A DNA stretch of 64,000 bases from Eledone cirrhosa (GCA_964016885.1 OZ024743.1:355818001-355882000), one strand, 5' to 3'. Counted from the stretch's first letter, positions 31,126 to 44,282 are shown. Numbers and translations: made by a program. Notes: generated by a model not told the origin, from the sequence alone.

Positions 31126-34100
31126 ATAAATGCTCTGAAATAGCGATATATATGTGAATATAGACATAGAATATTCGAAAATATTCTGTATGTTTATAAT
31201 AAACATTTTGAAGACCTAATCGCTATAGAATAGAATACGTCGCGTATTACAATTAGATTCTCGATAAAAGCAAGGGAAGTAATCTACGCGTTTCATTCTT
31301 GTTAGAAATCATCAGGACCACATATCCAGTGCTTTTATCGAGAATGACACAGCTAGAGACTTATAGAATACTTAGCTGTGTACAGGAACTGGTTTGAAAG
31401 AGCGGTTGCCGGTCCGGCAGAAATTAGAAATTGGAATAAATGCTCTGAAATAGCGATATATATGTGAATATAGACATAGAATATTCGAAAATATTCTGTA
31501 TGTTTATAATAAACATTTTGAAGACCTAATCGCTATAGAATAGAATACGTCGCGTATTACAATTAGATTCTCGATAAAAGCAAGGGAAGTAATCTACGCG
31601 TTTCATTCTTGTTAGAAATCATCAGGACCACATATCCAGTGCTTTTATCGAGAATGACACAGCTAGAGACTTATAGAATACTTAGCTGTGTACAGGAACT
31701 GGTTTGAAAGAGCGGTTGCCGGTCCGGCAGAAATTAGAAATTGGAATAAATGCTCTGAAATAGCGATATATATGTGAATATAGACATAGAATATTCGAAA
31801 ATATTCTGTATGTTTATAATAAACATTTTGAAGACCTAATCGCTATAGAATAGAATACGTCGCGTATTACAATTAGATTCTCGATAAAAGCAAGGGAAGT
31901 AATCTACGCGTTTCATTCTTGTTAGAAATCATCAGGACCACATATCCAGTGCTTTTATCGAGAATGACACAGCTAGAGACTTATAGAATACTTAGCTGTG
32001 TACAGGAACTGGTTTGAAAGAGCGGTTGCCGGTCCGGCAGAAATTAGAAATTGGAATAAATGCTCTGAAATAGCGATATATATGTGAATATAGACATAGA
32101 ATATTCGAAAATATTCTGTATGTTTATAATAAACATTTTGAAGACCTAATCGCTATAGAATAGAATACGTCGCGTATTACAATTAGATTCTCGATAAAAG
32201 CAAGGGAAGTAATCTACGCGTTTCATTCTTGTTAGAAATCATCAGGACCACATATCCAGTGCTTTTATCGAGAATGACACAGCTAGAGACTTATAGAATA
32301 CTTAGCTGTGTACAGGAACTGGTTTGAAAGAGCGGTTGCCGGTCCGGCAGAAATTAGAAATTGGAATAAATGCTCTGAAATAGCGATATATATGTGAATA
32401 TAGACATAGAATATTCGAAAATATTCTGTATGTTTATAATAAACATTTTGAAGACCTAATCGCTATAGAATAGAATACGTCGCGTATTACAATTAGATTC
32501 TCGATAAAAGCAAGGGAAGTAATCTACGCGTTTCATTCTTGTTAGAAATCATCAGGACCACATATCCAGTGCTTTTATCGAGAATGACACAGCTAGAGAC
32601 TTATAGAATACTTAGCTGTGTACAGGAACTGGTTTGAAAGAGCGGTTGCCGGTCCGGCAGAAATTAGAAATTGGAATAAATGCTCTGAAATAGCGATATA
32701 TATGTGAATATAGACATAGAATATTCGAAAATATTCTGTATGTTTATAATAAACATTTTGAAGACCTAATCGCTATAGAATAGAATACGTCGCGTATTAC
32801 AATTAGATTCTCGATAAAAGCAAGGGAAGTAATCTACGCGTTTCATTCTTGTTAGAAATCATCAGGACCACATATCCAGTGCTTTTATCGAGAATGACAC
32901 AGCTAGAGACTTATAGAATACTTAGCTGTGTACAGGAACTGGTTTGAAAGAGCGGTTGCCGGTCCGGCAGAAATTAGAAATTGGAATAAATGCTCTGAAA
33001 TAGCGATATATATGTGAATATAGACATAGAATATTCGAAAATATTCTGTATGTTTATAATAAACATTTTGAAGACCTAATCGCTATAGAATAGAATACGT
33101 CGCGTATTACAATTAGATTCTCGATAAAAGCAAGGGAAGTAATCTACGCGTTTCATTCTTGTTAGAAATCATCAGGACCACATATCCAGTGCTTTTATCG
33201 AGAATGACACAGCTAGAGACTTATAGAATACTTAGCTGTGTACAGGAACTGGTTTGAAAGAGCGGTTGCCGGTCCGGCAGAAATTAGAAATTGGAATAAA
33301 TGCTCTGAAATAGCGATATATATGTGAATATAGACATAGAATATTCGAAAATATTCTGTATGTTTATAATAAACATTTTGAAGACCTAATCGCTATAGAA
33401 TAGAATACGTCGCGTATTACAATTAGATTCTCGATAAAAGCAAGGGAAGTAATCTACGCGTTTCATTCTTGTTAGAAATCATCAGGACCACATATCCAGT
33501 GCTTTTATCGAGAATGACACAGCTAGAGACTTATAGAATACTTAGCTGTGTACAGGAACTGGTTTGAAAGAGCGGTTGCCGGTCCGGCAGAAATTAGAAA
33601 TTGGAATAAATGCTCTGAAATAGCGATATATATGTGAATATAGACATAGAATATTCGAAAATATTCTGTATGTTTATAATAAACATTTTGAAGACCTAAT
33701 CGCTATAGAATAGAATACGTCGCGTATTACAATTAGATTCTCGATAAAAGCAAGGGAAGTAATCTACGCGTTTCATTCTTGTTAGAAATCATCAGGACCA
33801 CATATCCAGTGCTTTTATCGAGAATGACACAGCTAGAGACTTATAGAATACTTAGCTGTGTACAGGAACTGGTTTGAAAGAGCGGTTGCCGGTCCGGCAG
33901 AAATTAGAAATTGGAATAAATGCTCTGAAATAGCGATATATATGTGAATATAGACATAGAATATTCGAAAATATTCTGTATGTTTATAATAAACATTTTG
34001 AAGACCTAATCGCTATAGAATAGAATACGTCGCGTATTACAATTAGATTCTCGATAAAAGCAAGGGAAGTAATCTACGCGTTTCATTCTTGTTAGAAATC

Positions 34101-34610
34101 ATCAGGACCACATATCCAGTGCTTTTATCGAGAATGACACAGCTAGAGACTTATAGAATACTTAGCTGTGTACAGGAACTGGTTTGAAAGAGCGGTTGCC
34201 GGTCCGGCAGAAATTAGAAATTGGAATAAATGCTCTGAAATAGCGATATATATGTGAATATAGACATAGAATATTCGAAAATATTCTGTATGTTTATAAT
34301 AAACATTTTGAAGACCTAATCGCTATAGAATAGAATACGTCGCGTATTACAATTAGATTCTCGATAAAAGCAAGGGAAGTAATCTACGCGTTTCATTCTT
34401 GTTAGAAATCATCAGGACCACATATCCAGTGCTTTTATCGAGAATGACACAGCTAGAGACTTATAGAATACTTAGCTGTGTACAGGAACTGGTTTGAAAG
34501 AGCGGTTGCCGGTCCGGCAGAAATTAGAAATTGGAATAAATGCTCTGAAATAGCGATATATATGTGAATATAGACATAGAATATTCGAAAATATTCTGTA
34601 TGTTTATAAT
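31121..34610 (-). repeat. 310-bp tandem array, 11 full units + 80 bp, hammerhead on the minus strand
   Basis: ttggaataaatgctctg recurs at 31121, 31431, 31741 ... 34221 and 34531. Units appear identical. Confidence 0.97.
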
Positions 34611-36182
34611 TTTCGAATATTCTATGTCTATATTCACATATATATCGCTATTTCAGAGCATTTATTCCAATTTCTAATTTCTGCCGGACCGGCAACCGCT
34701 CTTTCAAACCAGTTCCTGTACACAGCTAAGTATTCTATAAGTCTCTAGCTGTGTCATTCTCGATAAAAGCACTGGATATGTGGTCCTGATGATTTCTAAC
34801 AAGAATGAAACGCGTAGATTACTTCCCTTGCTTTTATCGAGAATCTAATTGTAATACGCGACGTATTCTATTCTATAGCGATTAGGTCTTCAAAATGTTT
34901 ATTATAAACATACAGAATATTTTCGAATATTCTATGTCTATATTCACATATATATCGCTATTTCAGAGCATTTATTCCAATTTCTAATTTCTGCCGGACC
35001 GGCAACCGCTCTTTCAAACCAGTTCCTGTACACAGCTAAGTATTCTATAAGTCTCTAGCTGTGTCATTCTCGATAAAAGCACTGGATATGTGGTCCTGAT
35101 GATTTCTAACAAGAATGAAACGCGTAGATTACTTCCCTTGCTTTTATCGAGAATCTAATTGTAATACGCGACGTATTCTATTCTATAGCGATTAGGTCTT
35201 CAAAATGTTTATTATAAACATACAGAATATTTTCGAATATTCTATGTCTATATTCACATATATATCGCTATTTCAGAGCATTTATTCCAATTTCTAATTT
35301 CTGCCGGACCGGCAACCGCTCTTTCAAACCAGTTCCTGTACACAGCTAAGTATTCTATAAGTCTCTAGCTGTGTCATTCTCGATAAAAGCACTGGATATG
35401 TGGTCCTGATGATTTCTAACAAGAATGAAACGCGTAGATTACTTCCCTTGCTTTTATCGAGAATCTAATTGTAATACGCGACGTATTCTATTCTATAGCG
35501 ATTAGGTCTTCAAAATGTTTATTATAAACATACAGAATATTTTCGAATATTCTATGTCTATATTCACATATATATCGCTATTTCAGAGCATTTATTCCAA
35601 TTTCTAATTTCTGCCGGACCGGCAACCGCTCTTTCAAACCAGTTCCTGTACACAGCTAAGTATTCTATAAGTCTCTAGCTGTGTCATTCTCGATAAAAGC
35701 ACTGGATATGTGGTCCTGATGATTTCTAACAAGAATGAAACGCGTAGATTACTTCCCTTGCTTTTATCGAGAATCTAATTGTAATACGCGACGTATTCTA
35801 TTCTATAGCGATTAGGTCTTCAAAATGTTTATTATAAACATACAGAATATTTTCGAATATTCTATGTCTATATTCACATATATATCGCTATTTCAGAGCA
35901 TTTATTCCAATTTCTAATTTCTGCCGGACCGGCAACCGCTCTTTCAAACCAGTTCCTGTACACAGCTAAGTATTCTATAAGTCTCTAGCTGTGTCATTCT
36001 CGATAAAAGCACTGGATATGTGGTCCTGATGATTTCTAACAAGAATGAAACGCGTAGATTACTTCCCTTGCTTTTATCGAGAATCTAATTGTAATACGCG
36101 ACGTATTCTATTCTATAGCGATTAGGTCTTCAAAATGTTTATTATAAACATACAGAATATTTTCGAATATTCTATGTCTATA

Positions 36183-36186
<4 letters not shown>
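34611..36186 (+). repeat. Same 310-bp unit in inverted orientation, 5 full units + ~26 bp, hammerhead on the plus strand
   Basis: tttcgaatattctatgtc recurs at 34611, 34921, 35231, 35541, 35851 and 36161. It is the reverse complement of the left array. Confidence 0.97.
34756..34844 (+). ncRNA. Type I hammerhead ribozyme (representative of 16 copies in the array)
   Basis: tggtc-CTGATGA-tTTC-taacaa-GAAt-GAAA-CGCG-TA^gatta. Stem III is the palindrome ACGCGT, the cleavage triplet is GUA, and the predicted cut is after 34816. The motif is enclosed by a perfect 16-bp stem attctcgataaaagca / tgcttttatcgagaat. Confidence 0.9.
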
Positions 36187-36229
<43 letters not shown>

Positions 36230-36314
36230 GTAGGAGGTGAGTTTTATACTTTTCATATGTTGATTTAAAACTGCACTTTCCACAAGTGTTTTTAACCTTC
36301 ATATCATGTCTTCC

Positions 36315-36385
36315 TATTTTATCTGATGAAAACACAAATGTTATTGCATGATGATATTTGTTTTTGAAATGCGCATAATAAAATA
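36315..36385 (+). ncRNA. Type I hammerhead ribozyme motif with extended stem II
   Basis: tattttat-CTGATGA-aaaca-caaatgttat..atgatatttg-ttttt-GAAAT-GCGC-ATA^ataaaata, with an 8-bp stem I and palindromic ATGCGCAT stem III. Confidence 0.8.
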
Positions 36386-36510
36386 CATGGAACTCATTTA
36401 ACCTTCTTTTGATCTTATATATATATATATATATACATATATATATTATATATATATTTTATATATATATATTATATATATATATGTATATTTATATATA
36501 TATGTATACA

Positions 36511-36577
<67 letters not shown>

Positions 36578-36578
36578 C

Positions 36579-36641
<63 letters not shown>

Positions 36642-36862
36642 ATATATATATATATTATATATATTATATATATATTTTTATATATATGTATATATATATA
36701 TATATATATTATATATATTATATATATTATATATATATGTATATTTTTATATATATGTATATTTATATATATATGTATACATATATATATATTATTTATA
36801 TATATATATATATATATATGTATATTTATATATATATATGTATATTTATATATATATATGTA

Positions 36863-36913
<51 letters not shown>

Positions 36914-36943
36914 ACATCTACCGAAGACATGGTGGTAGTACTT

Positions 36944-37094
36944 ATAATTGTTTCTACTTTAGGCACAAGGCCAGCAATTACCCAGTGCATTACTGGTACT
37001 TTATTTTATCGACCCCGTAAGGATGAAAGGCAAAGTCAACCTCGGCGGGATTTGAACTCAGATCGTAAAGGGACGTAACTATGCTGGAAAGCAT
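36944..37094 (-). mobile_element. SINE family A (5'-truncated)
   Basis: Near-consensus copy. Confidence 0.85.
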
Positions 37095-38507
37095 ACCACC
37101 ACAATGAAATATGAAATGGCATCTTAGTTGCATGCTGGGATTGTATGGGAATGGGGAATGAGAGGGGAAGTGTGTAAACGTCTCTTAAACCTGCTCTAAC
37201 TGTCTGACAGGTATTAAATGGATTTTCCGAATGCGCTAATGTGGATATAAGACAAATCGCAGCCAGTCATTTCAGGTTGTATTTACAGAAGATATTTATT
37301 AGGTTACTAGATAAAGAGAACGGAAGTCTAGACTGTCCACGATTTGTATAGCTACACAAATCTCGAAGTTTGTCATCGGTACTGTCAACTTAGATAGGAC
37401 TTTAAGATAGGGGCCTGAATACTGAAAGCTGAACGCGTCGTTTCCGGTAGAGAATACTGAATTTGACAGGAGCCATCATAACTAACAAAGATAGAGCTTC
37501 TACGCGGTCTCCTTACTTGCTAGAAATAGCAACCAAATATATCGCAAAGAAGACATTACTGATTTTTTTTTTTTAAGGAAGAGACTTTGGCTATTGTGAT
37601 CCAAGATATACTAACGTAACCAAGAAAAAAGCTTCTACAATTAACTGCAGACGAGATGTTTTACGGTTCTGGGATCCAAGAAATTCTAACCTTGCTCAGG
37701 AATGATATGAAGAGGGCGGGGGGGGGGGGGGGGGATTTAAGAGAAACCTACTTAATTAAGGCTAAACTATGGATAACAACAATACATATAATTCATATTC
37801 AAGAGAAACATTAACGACATCGATCTCACTAGTTGCAGAGAGCCTAAAAAGGACATCGGAACAAATCCTTTCCTCTAGATTAAAATATTTTTAAAGCAAT
37901 GTGTAGGGTTTAAAAAGATAAATTAGAGTAGAACCGTTTAGGTTTAGTTAAGAATTAGTGTTTGAAAATTCTAAATGAGTGAGGTAGGGTGTGACAGAGT
38001 TGGTGACGAGAAGGGTTAATCAAAATTCCATCAACTACCCGCGGGGTGGCCAGCGCGTGGGCCCCCATTTGCTCATGATAGTGAGAGATGGGGAGAGTAG
38101 AAGAGACGGAGGCGGTGACAGTGGGAGATGGAGAGAGTGGGAGAGGCGGGGGCAGTGACAGTGGGAGATAGTGAGAGTGGGAGAGACAGGGACAGTGAGG
38201 GTGGGAGATGGGGAGAGTGGGAGAGACAGGGACAGTGAGGGTGGGAGATGGGGAGAGTGGGAGAGACAGAGGCAGTGAAAGTGAGAGTTTGGTTCCATTG
38301 TGTTCAGACCTGGTGTATATGTATATATTTATTTACCACACCACATTAATTGTATATTTGAAAGTGTTTTAGACATTAGTTAACACACACAAATAAGACC
38401 AGCAAGATACTTGAGAAAAGGAAATGAAGAAAAGGAAGCCAAAAAATCAATACAAAAATACAACACTATACTGCCTACAGGCATAAAATGTAGTACAATT
38501 AAATTAT

Positions 38508-38678
38508 ATAATTGTTTCTACTTTTGGCACAAGGCCAGCAATTATCGCAGTGTATTACTGGTACTTTATTTAATCGACCCCGTAAGGATGGAAGGCAAAG
38601 TTAACCTCAGCAGGATTTGAACTCAGATCATAAAGGGCCGTAACTCTATGCTTGGCGTCCGACCCTCTACCGATACTC
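38508..38678 (-). mobile_element. SINE family A
   Basis: Matches the family consensus. Confidence 0.8.
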
Positions 38679-38837
38679 CTTAAATTATATAATGTTCATA
38701 GATTGCAAAAGGAAAATAATCAATATAAATAAAAATAAACAAAAACGAGGGAAAACATACACACTTTAAAAAGGTAAAGGTAAAAAATGAAGTAATGCTC
38801 TCCAGTAAATTGTAGAAATCGTCTCATGACGAATATT

Positions 38838-39050
38838 GAACCTGCCTACCTCTAAAAACCCTAAACGGGGAGCACCATGAAAATAGGTACCATGAAAATA
38901 GGTACCTTTAAAACGGGGAGAAATGAGAAGCAAAATGGGGAGATTTTACATAATAAAAGCTATACCCATTTTCACAAAAATAGGGAGACGGGCAGAAATG
39001 AGCCAAAACGGAGAGATCTCTCCATTGGACGGGAAGAGTTGATAGATCTG
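38838..39050. mobile_element. MITE of the same family as 13120-13481
   Basis: acctgcctacctctaaaaacc...gagttgatagatctg, with a shared internal sequence. Confidence 0.65.
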
Positions 39051-40039
39051 GAATACGGTTTAGTTGTGAAGAGCAACCCTTCTGACTAGAGGCTGAAACT
39101 GAAGGAAGACAAACACTGTAGTGAACTGAATATTTACATTTTACCTATTATTGTTGTTGTTGATACAGCAACAGGATTATAAGTACTTGTGTGTGTATTT
39201 TTACACTATCGCTGACAGAACTAAATATACGGCGTATTCCATTAACCTATATTGTTCTTTCTTTAACTTCATATACAGCTTTTAGTGTTTTACACATGAT
39301 CATTGTAGTCTTTATTAACAGAGTATTCAGAACTACAGTATCCAATGTGTTCATCCTTCTTAACAAGGTTGGTTGTCCTATTTCTAGCCGATCGAGAGAC
39401 CTCATAAAGGCTCGTTATTGGTTTGCAATGCCCTTAATTTAACCACGTGTTCCTCATTAAGATAGTAACGGGTTTTTTGAGAAGATATGTAGCAGTAGCC
39501 TCCCTTGTTGTGACTCACAACCCCAATAGATTAACAACATCTAGACGGGAAGTAGAACCCTTTCTGTAACTTCCGGTCAGAACCCTAACAACTTTAAGTT
39601 CTTACCCTCTCATTTGCCCTTCCGGCGCCTGGCCTTCGCCAGGCGTCTTCTGCCAGCCTGCGTTTGCCTGGCAATCAAAACGGTAACTACTAACTTTGCT
39701 TCATTCTTTCATCTATTTCTTTGACATGCAACTATACTGTTAAATTGTTGATTAAATATTATACACACAAACGATGTCTCCTTGTTACATTCATACAACC
39801 CAGTATCCTCGCTATAGATATTTGGCTGTTACATTGAGTGAGGTTTAGCTACTACCAGAAGCTTGACTATTTGCTTATTAGAAGAAATACCGCCCTTCTG
39901 GTGGTATTTCTGCTACTGTAAGTAGGTGTGCTCGCTTTTTTTGTGACGTCTATCTATACTAATGTATGAAAGGGGAAAACTACATTTTTGACATGGAACG
40001 TATACAAATTTGCACCGACATATTTCGTTTTGTGATTTA

Positions 40040-40235
40040 CAGACCTGTCAACTTTTCCAGTCGTACGGGGCGGTCTCCCACCCACTTTGGGGTGAGTGAA
40101 GGATGTCTTCTCTTGTGAAAATAGGTATAGCTTTCATTACATAAAATCTCCCCATTTTGCTTAATTTCGCCCCGTTTTGGGGGCACATTTTTTCATTGTA
40201 CTCTCCGTTTGAGTTTTTAGAGGTTGGCAGGTCTG
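40040..40235. mobile_element. MITE of the same family as 13120-13481, opposite orientation
   Basis: TIRs CAGACCTGTCAAC / GTTGGCAGGTCTG. Confidence 0.8.
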
Positions 40236-41826
40236 GGTTTATTTAATTTAATATAATGGCGTTTATTCTCTACGAAACGGTGACTTCATCTTAAGTAAAA
40301 AAGGGGTATAAACCAGAAATACGCAGAGGCATGATTGAAACAGCACAGTACAACACCTTCGAGGAGATTCGAATCCGTACTGATTTTCGAATAAAACATC
40401 TTTTTTTTTTTGACGTAGGCTGATAATCCATAGCCTCTATTCGACGCGGGCGCTGCATAGTGAGTAACATATAAATAAAAAGCAAAACTTCTTTCGTGAT
40501 AGCAAAGCGTTACGAACTCGCAATGACATATTTTGATTTTGCAGTTTATTTATTTAGTATTAAAGTACGATGGCTGGCAGTTAGAATTATAGGTGCATTT
40601 TTTTTTCAAGTGTGCATCGCCCAGAATCGAAATTACGATTGTAAGCCAAACGCAATAACCATTAAGTCACATACCTTCACAAGAAGAATCGACCACAATA
40701 CTGAACTAGTACTTATCGAACCCAAATACTTCAGCGGTATTTGAACACAGAGCACAAAACTCCAGAGACAAGCATTCCACCAATTCGCTTCCTTACATTC
40801 AAAAAGAGAAGCATGTCACGTAAACAAAAGACAAAGATATTAAAAGTTAAATAACTCCTCAACAATACTGAAAGTAGACGCAGAAGACATGGTAGAAAAA
40901 AATACAAATATACAAACATATTTAAAGCTCTGACGTCAACAGAGAGAAACAACATCTGTGGTGAATAAGCAATACACTAGATGAGTCGGGGACAATGCTG
41001 GTCCCTTCTGCGGCTCCAATCTCTCCACAATAAGCTACAAACTACACAAACCAGTACACTACGCATTATAAGAGGATACTCACAGTCTAAACCCACGCAC
41101 CGTCTACACATTTATCACCACTACTACCACAATAATACCCTTATATGAACCACAACCATCAGCACAACTATAATTACCCCCCCCCCCCCATCACCAAAAC
41201 AACCAGCATCACAATATCCACAACTGCTATCATCGCCACTATAACATTTACCAGCCATGATCACAATCATCAATACCACCATAACTAATACTACAACTAT
41301 CACAACCACCAGCACCACCACAACCAATACTAACGCTAACTTATCTCCCTTTTCTACCAAATTACAAGGCAATATTATATTTTTACAACTGACAGTCGGA
41401 GACGGGTTATGGCAATGAAATTTGGCGGTTTTATTTCAGTTAGAATCGTCTGCTATTTTACTTTTGAAAAAAAAACTATGAAAGAAATAGAAAAAAAAAC
41501 AGAAGTGGTTATATATAGAGAGACGGTGTGAGATACAGTGGGAGCGAGAAGGAATAATGACAATAATAATAGCTATATAACAACATTAACAAATAATTTT
41601 TTTTTAATAGCAGAAGAAGCATTACCAGCAACAACGACAACAACAAGAATATAGAAACTGAGAAGTAAAAAAGACTAAACTGAAAAGGATGATGAAGTCA
41701 TCGAAAGGGGGGAAACTTACAGAAGATTGAGAGTTGGAGAGGAGATGACAACGAAAGATATAGATAACCGAAGTAGTAGGAGGAAGAGAAGAGAGGCCGG
41801 AACTAAAGGAGGTAAGGGTATTTTTT

Positions 41827-41925
<99 letters not shown>

Positions 41926-41945
41926 GATATATATATATATATATA

Positions 41946-42038
41946 TCTAAGGATATCCTATTAAATAAGCGACAGGAATTAATAATATCGTGTAATCATA
42001 AACTGAGAAAAACCTTTAAATATTATAAACCTAATTAA
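41946..42038 (+). pseudogene. Extreme C-terminus of a Penelope-like ORF
   Basis: [30 protein letters not shown] aligns with the ILNKK..CKHKLHKTFLYYSP and LINKNSELFSNCLHK ends of the other two Penelope remnants in this window. Confidence 0.7.
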
Positions 42039-42356
42039 TATACACTTTAGAAATTAATATATAAACTATTTTTAATTTAGTTAACCTATAATTAATATTC
42101 TACTACTGACGAACTACATAATTCTGCTTTAAATATTATAAACCTAATTAATATACACTTTAGAAATTAATATATAAACTATTTTTAATTTAGTTAACCT
42201 ATAATTAATATTCTACTACTGACGAACTACATAATTCTGCTTTAAATATTATAAACCTAATTAATATACACTTTAGAAATTAATATATAAACTATTTTTA
42301 ATTTAGTTAACCTATAATTAATATTCTACTACTGATGAACTACATAATTTTGCTTT
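42014..42356. repeat. 113-bp tandem repeat, 3 copies
   Basis: ctttaaatattataaacctaattaatatacac... at 42014, 42127 and 42240. Confidence 0.92.
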
Positions 42357-42570
42357 CCTTCTTACAACTATCATTTCCTAAAACTGATACTATTAAGTAA
42401 ACATATATAATGCTTTAACTTCAGGTTATGACTCTATGTTCCTTGAAAACTATATATATTTATTATTTCTCACTAATAAATGTAATTCACCCCCCCCCCC
42501 AATAATTATATGTATATGTAAGTGTGTATGTGTGTGTATATATATATATATGTATGTATGTATATATGCA

Positions 42571-42669
<99 letters not shown>

Positions 42670-43615
42670 ATATGTGTGTATGTAAGTGTATATATATGTA
42701 TATATATATAGATATAGGTATATATATATATATTATTTTTATATTCTTTTAATTTCCCCTCATCTTTAACACCACTTTTCAACTGCATCTAACTCTTATT
42801 TATCATATCTATATGTATTAGTATAATTTTATCAATATAAATATACCCATCAATTAAATTAATTTATATTCTTTTCATAGATGTATTTTTTTCACTAACA
42901 CTCTTATCCGTAAAACTTTAGTCACCTTAGATATTTGTATTGGCATTACTATTTTATAACAGCAACTGCTTGTATACCTTTTACTGACCACCTGACCTAT
43001 TTTCACCCCTAAAATAAGCTTCAATTACTACTATTTTACCATTTGGCCAATTATTAACTTTCTATTGGTTAATTCTAAACTTCTTACCAAACAGACAGAA
43101 TATATTAGATCTTTGTTGGTTTTATTCAATGAACAAATAAAATTATTTCTAAGGTCAGCATACGACCTATTTCTCCCCTAAAATAATCCTTCATTCATAA
43201 TATTCTTTTCCATCCAAAACTGAAATCTATCTTCCTCTACCCATAATTTAAGGTTCTTCTACTACTATATTACTATCTTGACCCTCACTATCTCTCTATT
43301 GGTCAATTCAAAACCTGTTCCCAAACAGACCTATTGTATTGAATCTTTGTTTTTTTCAATAAACAAATATCATTATTTCTGAAGACAGCATATATATGTG
43401 TAGGTATGTATATTCCCTCTGATAGTTTGTATAAGTACTGTACATAGATCTATAGAATATGCATACCAACTCTATCACATATATATCCTAGAAACGATCG
43501 TAAAATGATGATTTTTTTTAATATAAGGAACTGTTTCTTTGTTTATTCATTATTTTATTAATTTATATGTAGATATATATATATATGTGTATATATATGT
43601 ATATATATATCTATG

Positions 43616-43646
<31 letters not shown>

Positions 43647-43915
43647 GTCCTCGGCCCCAGGGCTACCTCCTTACTCACCACCATAGGCGCTGAGCTGGCC
43701 AGCCGCAGGTGTGAGCCCCGCGAGTTGGAGTGGCTTTTCCAGCGCGTCTCCCTTGCCGTCCTCCGGGGAAACGCCTTCTCCATTCTGTGGGCCCCATCGC
43801 GTACCAATACATTAGTTAAATACCATTCTTTCATCTGATATATCTCTAAATTATATTTGGTACATAAAATGTTGCTGTGAGGAACTATATTTGTCTATGA
43901 TACACTATAATTTTT
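43647..43915 (+). mobile_element. 3' fragment of a CRE-like RLE non-LTR retrotransposon within (TA)n
   Basis: GC-rich patch translating LGPRATSLLTTIG..EPRELEWLFQRVSLAVLRGNAFSIL, matching the QRxSxAxxRGNA C-terminal signature. Confidence 0.75.
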
Positions 43916-43939
43916 TGATATATATATATATATATACAT

Positions 43940-44006
<67 letters not shown>

Positions 44007-44282
44007 TATTGTATTCACCCTGCTTGTAGTGGGGCTGATACTGTTGTTAGAACTCAGTGTGTCCTTGGAAAGGCGGTGTGACCAGTAGTTTTTGTAGTGG
44101 TTGACCACCGCGTAAAGTTTCCTCGAAGAAGAATCCGGCCAGGTTACAAAGTCATTTATATATGTGTGAATGTGTATAGAAGAAGGAAAACAATACAGAA
44201 GTCGGAGATAGGTAGTTAATTAGTTTGTACTCTTACGATCTGATTTCTGTCTCGTCTTCATTGTTCTACACTCACACACACA

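Noticed and set aside
31121-36186. CRISPR array or coding tandem gene cluster
   Set aside because: Units are identical over their whole 310 bp, with no variable spacers, no cas genes and no ORF. The context is eukaryotic.
42105-42345. CTGACGA/CTGATGA in the 113-bp repeat as a hammerhead
   Set aside because: There is no properly placed GAAA, stem II or stem III downstream.
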